Positions 1 to 7,939 are shown, numbered from the stretch's first letter. The stretch is DNA of 22,269 bases from Candidatus Iainarchaeum sp. (GCA_043816965.1 JBDRHK010000054.1:1-22269), one strand, 5' to 3'. The notes: generated by a model not told the origin, from the letters alone. Numbers and translations: made by a program.

Positions 1-2
1 GC

Positions 3-479
3 AGTATTTTTACCAATAAATGATTTGTCAATTATTGAGTCAAATTCAACTCGTTTAATTTTACCAGGCATCTTAATACAAACATCAAAATCAACTAGGC
101 TGCTATCCTTACCAGTTATATTTTTTGATGACCAAATATCCTCATAAATAAATTTGACTTTATCCCCCTCATCAATTTTTCTAAAACTTGCATGCTGGCT
201 TAGGTCAGAAACATTATCAAAATCAAAAGTAACTTTGTAATCATAAGTTGAATTAGTATCAGGAACTTTTTGTCGTTCAATTACTTTATTTTTTTTATCT
301 CCAACTAATTCTGTTATTTCTTTTTGGATGTTCTGCGAAGCTCTAAGATTAATCAAAACAGTTCCGTTTCCACTTTCTCCAATATCGACAGTAGATTTCA
401 AGTCAGTAATGCTAGTGCAACCACTAAGCAATAGAAGGAGCGATATCAGTAGTATGGCCCCAAATAACCTCAATTTCAT
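3..479 (-). CDS. Putative lipoprotein, truncated by the window edge; paralog of 1357-1989
   Basis: Not in the ORF track. Manual translation from ATG (cat 477-479): MKLRLFGAILLISLLLLLSGCTSITDLKSTVDIGESGNGTVLINL..., open to the window start, lipobox LSGC. Signal peptide and ~40 bp upstream closely resemble those of 1357-1989. Confidence 0.8.
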   Translation of the reverse strand, partial: MKLRLFGAILLISLLLLLSGCTSITDLKSTVDIGESGNGTVLINLRASQNIQKEITELVGDKKNKVIERQKVPDTNSTYDYKVTFDFDNVSDLSQHASFRKIDEGDKVKFIYEDIWSSKNITGKDSSLVDFDVCIKMPGKIKRVEFDSIIDKSFIGKNT

Positions 480-590
480 ATGACAATTCCATCAAGAAAC
501 AACTAAAAAGCTTTTGGGCTGGCTCCATTTATCAGAGCTTTCTTACTATTCAACAGCGGATGCTCAGTATGCGGGTGGCTAGGCAAAACC

Positions 591-1241
591 TTAGTCTGCC
601 CAGCTAACCCAAGCTACTTCTGTAGCATAAAATGAATTATCTACTATCTGAATTACTCCCTTAATATCCTCAGGAATGTCGAATACAAGATACCCTTTCT
701 GAGTAAGCCCTGGATTCAACTTATCAAAGAGTAAGGTTTTAGCATCTTCAAATTCTGGATCCATATCAAGATAGATTGCGGCTGAAGAGTCTGTTTCAAA
801 TTCCCTTTCCTGGTCATCAATTATTTTTATATTAGAACTGGTAAGGTACTCTGCCTTCTTGCCAACATTCTTTACCTCAACTTCCACAATCAGGTAAATT
901 CCATTTGCTTCAGAACCCATGAAAGTAGTCATTAAATATTTCCCAATTTCTTCCTTCAAAGTATAACTCTTAAATGTGTACTCTAAATCACCAACAACAA
1001 CAGGCTCATTAAAATTGTAAACTTTTACTTCCTCTAGCTCTTCTTCTGCCGGTGCTGTTTCAACTGGTTTAGTTGGCGCATCAGCGTTATCTTCTACTTG
1101 TGCAACAGATCCCGTTCCTTTCTGCACCACATTTGCGGCCTTATTTATAGGCGCCTCATCATTATATTGCGAACTAGTGCATCCGCTAACTAACAATATT
1201 GCTAACAATCCTAGAATCAATATTCCCGTAATCTTATTCAT
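591..1241 (-). CDS. DUF4352-like Ig-fold lipoprotein
   Basis: Lipobox VSGC, low-complexity linker, then YLIVEVEVKNVGK...IIDDQEREF...LNPGLTQKGYLVFDIP, typical of DUF4352. Confidence 0.8.
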   Translation of the reverse strand: MNKITGILILGLLAILLVSGCTSSQYNDEAPINKAANVVQKGTGSVAQVEDNADAPTKPVETAPAEEELEEVKVYNFNEPVVVGDLEYTFKSYTLKEEIGKYLMTTFMGSEANGIYLIVEVEVKNVGKKAEYLTSSNIKIIDDQEREFETDSSAAIYLDMDPEFEDAKTLLFDKLNPGLTQKGYLVFDIPEDIKGVIQIVDNSFYATEVAWVSWAD

Positions 1242-1356
1242 ATTTTACCCCTCCCAAAAAGAACAAATATTACGAATTCATCATGAAAAACTTATAAAAA
1301 GGTTTTGTATTCTTACAAAGGAGTTGACTTGCATTTTCTAATCCGTTCACTGTCAA

Positions 1357-1989
1357 TTATTTCTTTTTTATTACAAAAAACAAACCAGCCATTATAACTA
1401 AACCAAGTATAACTATTCCGCCAATAATGAGTATAATAAATACTAATAGATCAGATTCGGGTTTTTTACTTTCTACGTAAATCGTTTTACCGGTATTTTC
1501 CTGTCCCTCGTCAAGAATATTGCCCATATCAGAAAATACCTCTGCACCTTTAAATGCTACAGTATTATCATTTAGAAGCTCTCCATTATGTGAAGTTATT
1601 TTTGACGGCATTGTTATTTTTGTAACTGTTACAGCTATCAACTCGCTTTCATATCTTAAATATTCGCCGTCTTCTCTTTCAATTATTTCTACCGGGTTCT
1701 GTTCATCTCCATACTGCAAGTCAAATTCAACAATTACTTGGGAATCAGTTTCTCTACAGACGTGCTGAAAATTTTCCAAGTCAGCAACGCTAACTTCTGC
1801 ACTGTTCTGAGCCATATTTTTCAAAGAATCACAACTTGCATTCATTAATAACCCAGTTTTATCAATCTCCATAAGACGGTGAATACTGCCATCCGCATTT
1901 ACTCTCTCATTGAGTTCACCTGAAATACAACCGCTAAGTAATAGAATCAGAGATATCAGAATTATAGTCCCAAATAACCTAAATTTCAT
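1357..1989 (-). CDS. Putative lipoprotein with C-terminal transmembrane anchor (LppM-like)
   Basis: Lipobox LSGC; VNADGS and ITMPSKITSHNG motifs; C-terminal hydrophobic helix followed by KKK. Confidence 0.7.
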   Translation of the reverse strand: MKFRLFGTIILISLILLLSGCISGELNERVNADGSIHRLMEIDKTGLLMNASCDSLKNMAQNSAEVSVADLENFQHVCRETDSQVIVEFDLQYGDEQNPVEIIEREDGEYLRYESELIAVTVTKITMPSKITSHNGELLNDNTVAFKGAEVFSDMGNILDEGQENTGKTIYVESKKPESDLLVFIILIIGGIVILGLVIMAGLFFVIKKK

Positions 1990-2224
1990 ATGATAATTTT
2001 ATCAGTAAACCACTAAAAAGCTTTCGAAATCTGAAAATTTATTCAATCCATCTGAACCCGTTGAACGAATCTTTTATGGCAATATAAATCAACCAAACAG
2101 TTGATTTCCAATCAACCGTAGGTATTTAAGGGTCGGAAACAGGTGTTTATACGGGTGGGGACCCTCGAGAGTAGACATATAACTCCCAAAATTTATTCAG
2201 TTATTTCATAGGCAGCTGTTCACA

Positions 2225-2746
2225 ATGGAAGGGGAATTAGAGGAAATCAGGGAAGTGCTGAAATACCATAATGCCATTTTCAACAAAGGCCATGCCAGGA
2301 TATACCTGTGCCTTTTGAGCGGCGAAGTCAAAACCGGCAGGCAGATAATTGATGAAACCGGGGTGTGCAAGCAGACCATATACAAATACCTGAATCACCT
2401 GACAGAATCAAATTTAATAAGGAAAACAAAAACCAGCCCTGTCCAGTTTTTTATAGAAAATCCGGTGAAGGAACTCAACCATTTCTTTGCGCAGTATCTC
2501 AGGAAGCAGGTCAAGCTGATTGAGGATAAAAAGGAAAGAATAAGAAATATAGTGAAAAACAAAAATGATGAATCTGAGCAGCATTGGGAAATTAGGGTGA
2601 AAGACGGGAAGACCGCAATAATTGACAGGAAGGAAAATAAGGCGTTGAATGAAAAATATGATGCCAAGCAGGTAAAGGCTGCGGTGGATAAATTTATTGA
2701 TTCTTTGCCGGATGAAAACAAATTTGCTGTGGCTTATGCGAAGTAA
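2225..2746 (+). CDS. TrmB-like winged-helix transcriptional regulator
   Basis: ARIYLCLL...TGRQIIDETGVCKQTIYKYLNHLTESNLI...PVQFFIENP fits the TrmB N-terminal HTH pattern. Confidence 0.75.
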   Translation: MEGELEEIREVLKYHNAIFNKGHARIYLCLLSGEVKTGRQIIDETGVCKQTIYKYLNHLTESNLIRKTKTSPVQFFIENPVKELNHFFAQYLRKQVKLIEDKKERIRNIVKNKNDESEQHWEIRVKDGKTAIIDRKENKALNEKYDAKQVKAAVDKFIDSLPDENKFAVAYAK

Positions 2747-2841
2747 GCAGTAGTCAATCTATTTTAAGTAAATTTTACGGCTTTGCACAAAAACTATATT
2801 CTGCACAAAAAGGGGTTAAAGTCATATAATCCAATTTAGAT

Positions 2842-3711
2842 ATGGAAGAAGACGGATTTTTGAAAATAGCTCTTAAAGATTTAGAAGCTGCAGATATTCT
2901 TTACAAAAATAAATTATATCCTCAGGCACTTTATTTCTTACATCAAAGCTTAGAAAAAGTTCATAAAGCAGCATTAATTAATTTTGGCTGGATAGAAGAT
3001 GGGCATGAAATTGGCCACAACCTGAATTTATCCTTAGCGACGGTTAGTAAGATAGATGCATCTAAAAAAATAGATAAAGTTGCAGAGCATCTAACTGAAG
3101 ATGAAAAAAACAGGATAGAACGAAATCTGGTCACTATTGAGGAGTTCATGACTCCTGAGGATGTTAGGAAATTACATGAGGCCGTATTTCGTTGGAAATT
3201 ATTTCAGAAGGTTAAGTTAGAAAAAACCGATTTGAAATATATGAAAAAGGTTCTTTCAAGATTAGAAAAAGAGTTTAAAATTAAAGAAAGGCATAGAAAA
3301 ATATTTTTAAATTTCCTAGAGAAATATGAAAAGGCGATTGCAAAAAAAGACATAAATTCAAAATCGTTCAATAAACTGCAGGATAGTCTTTTTAAAGAAA
3401 TTAAGAAATATTTCTTTTTTCATGCAGGCTATCAATTTTACGTCATATATCTTTTGGTGCCCTTGTTGCCAAGTTCGGCTTCTTTAAGATATCCGAATAA
3501 TAATCCCTTGGATACTTACAACGAATCCTCCCCAGTGATTAAAGTCTTTGGTGAATTATCAAAGCACATAAGAGCCGCCATTGACTGTTTCAGTATCTTC
3601 TTTGATTTTGTTAGCTCTTTTTCTAGGTTCAGAAAAGATTATGAAAAAAAGGCAGCCCTTATGGCTTCCAGAGAAACGCCACGGCCTGCAAAAGAAAACC
3701 GAGAAAAATAA
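2842..3711 (+). CDS. HEPN-domain protein with long helical insertion
   Basis: N-terminus ALKDLEAADILYKNKLYPQALYFLHQSLEKVHKA...GH and C-terminal LRYP are typical of PF05168-type HEPN. Confidence 0.75.
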   Translation: MEEDGFLKIALKDLEAADILYKNKLYPQALYFLHQSLEKVHKAALINFGWIEDGHEIGHNLNLSLATVSKIDASKKIDKVAEHLTEDEKNRIERNLVTIEEFMTPEDVRKLHEAVFRWKLFQKVKLEKTDLKYMKKVLSRLEKEFKIKERHRKIFLNFLEKYEKAIAKKDINSKSFNKLQDSLFKEIKKYFFFHAGYQFYVIYLLVPLLPSSASLRYPNNNPLDTYNESSPVIKVFGELSKHIRAAIDCFSIFFDFVSSFSRFRKDYEKKAALMASRETPRPAKENREK

Positions 3712-3829
3712 GCAGAATCGCCAGTATGTCAAAAGTTTCCTGACTGATTTTCTTCCTGGCTTTCTGCACGAACCCGAAAAGGGCGAGCAGAGCCAGAAGT
3801 CCATACAGAGTGACAATCAATACGCTCAT
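3659..3829 (-). CDS. Small two-TM membrane protein (56 aa)
   Basis: Manual translation MSVLIVTLYGLLALLALFGFVQKARKKISQETFDILAILLIFLGFLLQAVAFLWKP*; TTTATATA box (3851-3858, minus strand) about 22 nt upstream of the ATG. Shorter than any ORF in the track. Confidence 0.6.
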   Translation of the reverse strand: MSVLIVTLYGLLALLALFGFVQKARKKISQETFDILAILLIFLGFLLQAVAFLWKP

Positions 3830-3923
3830 ACAGATATTCTGCTAAGGTGTTATATAAAGGGCGAGGACCTAGCAAACCCTCGAAAAATCACACAAAAAAG
3901 GGTTTTTAAGGTTTAATTATTAT

Positions 3924-4490
3924 ATGGTCAATATGGTTGATGTTGTTACTTCTCAATTGATTCTGACTGGTGCTCTTGTTTTAATAACCGGTTATTATGC
4001 TTGGGCCAATAAGCAAATGTTAAATGAGATGAGAAAAACAAGGGAGTTGGAAAACGACCCGTCAATAAAAATCCATTTAGTCGCAGAATTAGATTTCAAT
4101 AGAGACACACAAGAGTTCGAACCAGGTCCTCCATTCTATACAGAAATTATTAATATTGGTAAAGGTCCAGCATATGACTTGAGTATAATTGCGACTGACA
4201 TGGCAACAGACGAATCTATCCATGAAAAACATGACATTTTGAAGCCTGGCGACACACTAAGCCCCTTTTTCAGGGAGCAAGTCATACATTGGAAGACAAA
4301 AGTTTTTGAAAAAGATTATTCTATAATTGTCAAGTATGAGAATACTTTAGGCCAAAAAAAGGAAATTGAAAAAAGATTTGACAAAAAATCCGGCCCTGTT
4401 CCTCATTACTCAAAAACACCCAAGAGACCGTTGGAAGACATTGTCGATGTGCTTAGAGATATTAGAGACTCGTTAGAAAAAAACACTTAA
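3924..4490 (+). CDS. Hypothetical protein with N-terminal TM helix
   Basis: 188-aa ORF; TM helix LILTGALVLITGYYAWA; TATA-like TTTTTAAG upstream. Confidence 0.7.
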   Translation: MVNMVDVVTSQLILTGALVLITGYYAWANKQMLNEMRKTRELENDPSIKIHLVAELDFNRDTQEFEPGPPFYTEIINIGKGPAYDLSIIATDMATDESIHEKHDILKPGDTLSPFFREQVIHWKTKVFEKDYSIIVKYENTLGQKKEIEKRFDKKSGPVPHYSKTPKRPLEDIVDVLRDIRDSLEKNT

Positions 4491-4605
4491 AAGTTCAAAA
4501 TTTGCACAAAAACCCCTGTTTGGAATCCAAATTGTAATCCCTTTATGTGCAAAGGCAAATTTTACGAAAGATTTATTAATATCTATAGCTATTATGTTCT
4601 GTTAT

Positions 4606-4737
4606 ATGTCACACAGTAAAAAAGTAACAACCATTATGATAAGCCCAAAAACCAGGGATAATCTCAAAGATCTTGGAAAAAAAGGAGAAACGTACGAAGA
4701 AATAGTCGTGCGCCTCATAAAAGCGTATATTAAATAG
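4606..4737 (+). CDS. Small ribbon-helix-helix protein, archaeal antitoxin/CopG-like (43 aa)
   Basis: Manual translation MSHSKKVTTIMISPKTRDNLKDLGKKGETYEEIVVRLIKAYIK*; RHH pattern TTI.IS..T...L..LG.KGETY..I..RL; TTTATTAA at 4572-4579. Confidence 0.8.
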   Translation: MSHSKKVTTIMISPKTRDNLKDLGKKGETYEEIVVRLIKAYIK

Positions 4738-4755
4738 TTTCCAACAAGATTATTA

Positions 4756-4832
4756 TGGCTCAGGGTATGTGGAACTGACGATGATACTGAGTGTCAACGA
4801 TGAAGAGAGATGGGCGGACTGAACCTGAGCCA
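4756..4832 (+). ncRNA. Box C/D-like sRNA; predicted guide for 16S rRNA C1402 (E. coli numbering)
   Basis: 9-bp terminal stem TGGCTCAGG (4756-4764)/CCTGAGCCA (4824-4832); CTGA boxes at 4775, 4787, 4819; C-type box ATGAAGA (4800-4806) + 12-nt guide GAGATGGGCGGA + box D CTGA. GAUGGGCGG pairs with conserved 16S CCGCCCGUC (1399-1407, one G-U). The 5' box C is not clearly identifiable. Confidence 0.6.
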
Positions 4833-4877
4833 AAAGCAAACCCAAGTCCATCATACATAGAGGGTCTAAGTGTTCAT

Positions 4878-4928
4878 CTGACGATGATACTGAGCGTCAG
4901 CGATGAAGAGAGATGGGCGGACTGAGGC
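4878..4928 (+). repeat. Second copy of the 48-nt sRNA body joined to the cassette-type right flank GGC; first array junction
   Basis: 4878-4925 matches 4775-4822 at 46/48 positions; contains hairpin CTGACG/CGTCAG; ends CTGA-GGC like the cassette sites; lacks the terminal stem. Confidence 0.85.
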
Positions 4929-4995
4929 GAAATATCCTAAACAGATCAATTAGTGACAAGGACTTTTCACGTTTCCTTCTTCTATCGCAATAAAA

Positions 4996-5667
4996 TTATT
5001 TTGTTTTAAGTATAGTCAAAACTCCTGATTCTTCATAAAAGTATTTTCCTGGTTCTTTAAGTAAGAACTTAATATTTTTCAGATTAGGTAAATTAAATTT
5101 TCCCTTCCCATCAAAACCTATATATCTGTCAATTACTATTCTGCCACCTTTTTCAAGAAGAGGAATATAATTTTTTACTAATGAATCAATAACATCGCGG
5201 CGGGCACTAACGCGAGGTATAATTATTAAGTGGAATTTCCCGATGTCTTTTGAAGGGGGCCTTAACAAGTTAATATTCTTTTTTTTCATCAACCCCTGCT
5301 CGACCCACAAAAAAACTTTCTTGACCAACCTTGGCCCTGTGTCTCTTCCTTTCTCCGGGTAATCAATATCTCCAATAACATAATTTTTGGGATGCAAACC
5401 ATAATTCTTAATCAAATGTTCTGCAAGTCTGCCACTTTGAGCGCCAATTTCAAGAACCTTAACCTTATCTGGCCCACCAACTAATTCAGACAATTCATGG
5501 ATCCTAGAATCAAGTGACATAACTTTCATTAGAAACGAAATTTTTGCAGAGAATCTTCCAGTCAAATTGTCAGGGTGTCTGCGCCAAGGATACCGTCTTC
5601 GGAGGTTCTCCTCCTGGGCTTCGCCTCCCAATTCGGGCCTATGACGTTTTTGACGGTTTGAACCCAT
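4996..5667 (-). CDS. Class I SAM-dependent methyltransferase-like protein (cassette 1, inverted)
   Basis: KVLEIGAQSG motif I, acidic GDID, FHLII strand and LLEKGGRIVI. ATG at 5667 preferred over TTG 5679 because TTTATATT (5691-5698) lies about 24 nt upstream. Confidence 0.65.
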   Translation of the reverse strand: MGSNRQKRHRPELGGEAQEENLRRRYPWRRHPDNLTGRFSAKISFLMKVMSLDSRIHELSELVGGPDKVKVLEIGAQSGRLAEHLIKNYGLHPKNYVIGDIDYPEKGRDTGPRLVKKVFLWVEQGLMKKKNINLLRPPSKDIGKFHLIIIPRVSARRDVIDSLVKNYIPLLEKGGRIVIDRYIGFDGKGKFNLPNLKNIKFLLKEPGKYFYEESGVLTILKTK

Positions 5668-5763
5668 AAACAAAAACAAATCTCAAACTAAATATAAATA
5701 ATTCGGGAAGTTCAAACCCCTATTTATACATTTTTATCCCCCATTTTCCCATGGTAACTAACT

Positions 5764-5797
5764 CCTCATCTTTCGGCTAAGATGGGCGGACTGAGGC
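5764..5797 (+). repeat. Cassette boundary site
   Basis: CCTCATCTTTCGGCTAAGATGGGCGGACTGAGGC. Confidence 0.95.
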
Positions 5798-5800
5798 TAT

Positions 5801-5841
5801 TGTTCACTTATTGTAAACATTATGTTTATAAATAGTTAACA
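5801..5841 (+). promoter_or_regulatory. Promoter/operator of the MNT-HEPN cassette
   Basis: TTTATAAA TATA box embedded in four GTWWAC-like boxes at 11-bp spacing (5801, 5812, 5823, 5834); conserved at 12718-12758. Confidence 0.6.
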
Positions 5842-5855
5842 TAATAATATTAACT

Positions 5856-6410
5856 ATGAATAGACTACCCAAGCTTTTAACGCCTTTTAATTTAAAAATT
5901 CTTGAGATGCTTATTGATGAAAACATTTCTGTTAGGGATTTGGCAAAAAAAATTAAATGTTCTCCCGCCAAAATAACGCAATTCATTAAATTATTCAAAA
6001 AAGATAATTTAATCAAGACCAGTAAAGAAAAGAACAAGAAGATTCTAATTTTAAATAAAGAAAACCCGGTAATAAGGCAAATTATTTCCCTGCTATTTAT
6101 TGACAGAATTGTCACATCAAAAACTTTTTCCGGGCTGAAAAAGAATGCAAAATCAATCGGTGTTTATGGAAGTGTTGTTGAAGGCAGTTTAGACAAGAAA
6201 AGCGATATTGACCTTTGGGTTCTATCTGACATAAAAACTCCCCTGGTTGATGCAGGCAATTTAAGGATAAAGCTGAGTGAGGAGATCGGAAGAGAGGTAA
6301 GTATAAAATTTTTTACGCCCAAAGACATTAATAATCTTAAAAAGAAGGATGAAATATTTTACAACGAGATTGAATATAAATCAAAAATAATATATGGTGA
6401 AGGCTTTTGA
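5856..6410 (+). CDS. HTH-fused minimal nucleotidyltransferase (MNT) antitoxin, copy 1
   Basis: N-terminal wHTH (SVRDLAKKIKCSPAKITQFI); GS-x10-DxD motif GSVVEGSLDKKSDID. Confidence 0.9.
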   Translation: MNRLPKLLTPFNLKILEMLIDENISVRDLAKKIKCSPAKITQFIKLFKKDNLIKTSKEKNKKILILNKENPVIRQIISLLFIDRIVTSKTFSGLKKNAKSIGVYGSVVEGSLDKKSDIDLWVLSDIKTPLVDAGNLRIKLSEEIGREVSIKFFTPKDINNLKKKDEIFYNEIEYKSKIIYGEGF

Positions 6411-6847
6411 AAAAGAGTAAAGTTGATGAATGCTTTGAACAAGGTTTGCTAAAAAGGATAAAACCTAATTTGAAGTATGCGGAGCAAAGTATCAAACAGG
6501 CAGAACATTTCTTGGATGAAGCACAGGAGTTAATAGAAAGAGAAATCAAGGATATGGCATTCATTGCCATTTATAGTGCATCCTTTCACGCCGCAAGAGC
6601 ATTGCTTTTTAGGGACGGAATAAAAGAAAGGAGCCATTACTGCGTTAGTAAATACCTTGAAGAGAAATATACTGGGAAAGAACTTATCAGCATGAGGCAG
6701 GCAATTATTCTGGATTCATTAAGGGACAAAAGGAATTCAATACAATATTCCCTCGAAAGAACAGAACTGGAAGAAGACCTGAATGAAATTTACGATGAAA
6801 TTGAATGCTTTCTTGAAAAAGTAAAAGAGATTATTAAAAAGAATTAA
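6407..6847 (+). CDS. HEPN-domain protein, MNT partner, copy 1
   Basis: AFIAIYSASFHAARALL...ERSH...RNSIQY; 4-bp TTGA overlap with the MNT stop. Confidence 0.9.
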   Translation: MKKSKVDECFEQGLLKRIKPNLKYAEQSIKQAEHFLDEAQELIEREIKDMAFIAIYSASFHAARALLFRDGIKERSHYCVSKYLEEKYTGKELISMRQAIILDSLRDKRNSIQYSLERTELEEDLNEIYDEIECFLEKVKEIIKKN

Positions 6848-6849
6848 CG

Positions 6850-6880
6850 CCTCATCTCAGGACGGAAAATACGGGGACTA
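6850..6880 (+). repeat. Decayed cassette boundary site
   Basis: CCTCATCT starts 2 bp after the HEPN stop, the same offset as the intact site at 13767, followed by CAGGACGG...GGACT. Confidence 0.65.
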
Positions 6881-6883
6881 AAA

Positions 6884-7561
6884 ATGATTCGAAAGTCTTC
6901 AAGAAGAAATATTAGAAATCAAGGTTACTCTTTTAGAGGAACTACATCTGATTTGCAGGGATTATCTTCAGGCGCTGTTTTTAAAAATTTCAGAAAAGCA
7001 GGACTCCCAGTAAAACCAATTGAAGCCAAAGCAACTGCTGAAAATCTAAAATCCGCGGCGCTTGAAGCAGCCAAAAAACTGGCAAACGGAGAATCCGGAT
7101 TTTTTCATTTTGAAACTCCTCGAGGCACAATGCCGTGTATAATTATGAAAAAGGGAGATAAACTCCATATTAATCAGGCTCGTTTGAGACATAATATTGT
7201 AAAGTCTAGTGCCCCTTTTGAACACTTGATGAACATATTGAAAAGAGGTTTTAGGGGAGACTATCCTCCGAATGTCGTGATTAAAGATGGGAAAAGGCCT
7301 ATGCCTAATCTGTCAGCAAATGCTTATGAAAACGCAACAGTTGCAGGAGATAGATATACTCTCGAGATGGTTTCTCCAGTGACTGATTTGGATAAGGAAT
7401 CAATGCATGCGTTCGTCAAAAATGCCGACAACTCACAAATATCTGGCGTAATAGTCAAAATTGATTCAAAAACACCTAAACCCAAGATTGAAGAAAAAAC
7501 TAGATTTTATCAAGCACTTTCAGAAGAGTACGGAGTTCCTTTCCATATAAAAGTAGGGTAA
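6884..7561 (+). CDS. Hypothetical basic protein, possible ADP-ribosyltransferase-like fold (cassette 3)
   Basis: 225-aa ORF filling the inter-site interval; LRHN...HLMNILKRGF loosely resembles the H..L..IL..G start of H-Y-E type ART folds. Function is tentative. Confidence 0.6.
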   Translation: MIRKSSRRNIRNQGYSFRGTTSDLQGLSSGAVFKNFRKAGLPVKPIEAKATAENLKSAALEAAKKLANGESGFFHFETPRGTMPCIIMKKGDKLHINQARLRHNIVKSSAPFEHLMNILKRGFRGDYPPNVVIKDGKRPMPNLSANAYENATVAGDRYTLEMVSPVTDLDKESMHAFVKNADNSQISGVIVKIDSKTPKPKIEEKTRFYQALSEEYGVPFHIKVG

Positions 7562-7586
7562 ATATTTTTTCAGAATATCTAGAAGT

Positions 7587-7620
7587 CTTCATCTTTCGGG
7601 CAAGATGGGCGGACTGAGGC
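7587..7620 (+). repeat. Cassette boundary site
   Basis: CTTCATCTTTCGGGCAAGATGGGCGGACTGAGGC. Confidence 0.95.
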
Positions 7621-7623
7621 GTC

Positions 7624-7641
7624 GTTATATTTAAATATAAC
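7624..7641 (+). promoter_or_regulatory. Palindromic operator overlapping the TATA box
   Basis: Perfect 18-bp palindrome GTTATATTTAAATATAAC; identical at 10677-10694. Confidence 0.65.
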
Positions 7642-7669
7642 CTTGTATATACATTATTAGTGATGCGAA

Positions 7670-7939
7670 TTGAATTCCCTGAAAGGCCGTTTCCTGTGGA
7701 GCAGGCATGCGCTGAGAGAGGCAGTCGAGGATTCTTTGAAGCCAAGTGATGTGGAAAAGTCACTGTCCAAATGCATGGTGATGGAAAGCGGGCTGGATAA
7801 GGAGAAGGCAGTTTGCAAAGTAGAAAACATTTATTGCACAGTAATATTCGCAAGGATGAAATTTGGAATTAAAATCATAACCTGCTGGAAGAGCAGCAAT
7901 TGGGAAATCAAGGTCTATGATGCGGAGGTGAAAGGATGA
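7670..7939 (+). CDS. DUF4258-like (RelE/BrnT-fold) putative toxin, copy 1
   Basis: WSRHALRE...L.PSDVEKSL...IKIITCW pattern; ATGA overlap with the downstream zinc-finger gene. Confidence 0.75.
   Translation: MNSLKGRFLWSRHALREAVEDSLKPSDVEKSLSKCMVMESGLDKEKAVCKVENIYCTVIFARMKFGIKIITCWKSSNWEIKVYDAEVKG

Noticed and set aside
555..590. ATGCGGGTGGCTAGGCAAAA as a degenerate array site
   Set aside because: Only loose similarity to the core and no left arm; cannot be distinguished from chance.
3559..3916. ORFs 3559-3816 (-) and 3581-3916 (+)
   Set aside because: Non-ATG starts and heavy overlap with the HEPN gene; the 3659-3829 minus-strand ORF explains the region better.
4810..4819. Alternative guide target in the 23S A-loop region (GUUCGCCCAU-like)
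   Set aside because: It can pair with one wobble, but D+5 falls on a position I do not know to be methylated; the 16S C1402 register fits better. The host rRNA sequence is needed to exclude it.
4775..4925. TIGR array or hammerhead ribozyme
   Set aside because: The guide segment is constant rather than variable and there is no Nop-domain gene; the CTGA words lack the hammerhead CUGANGA...GAAA three-stem arrangement.
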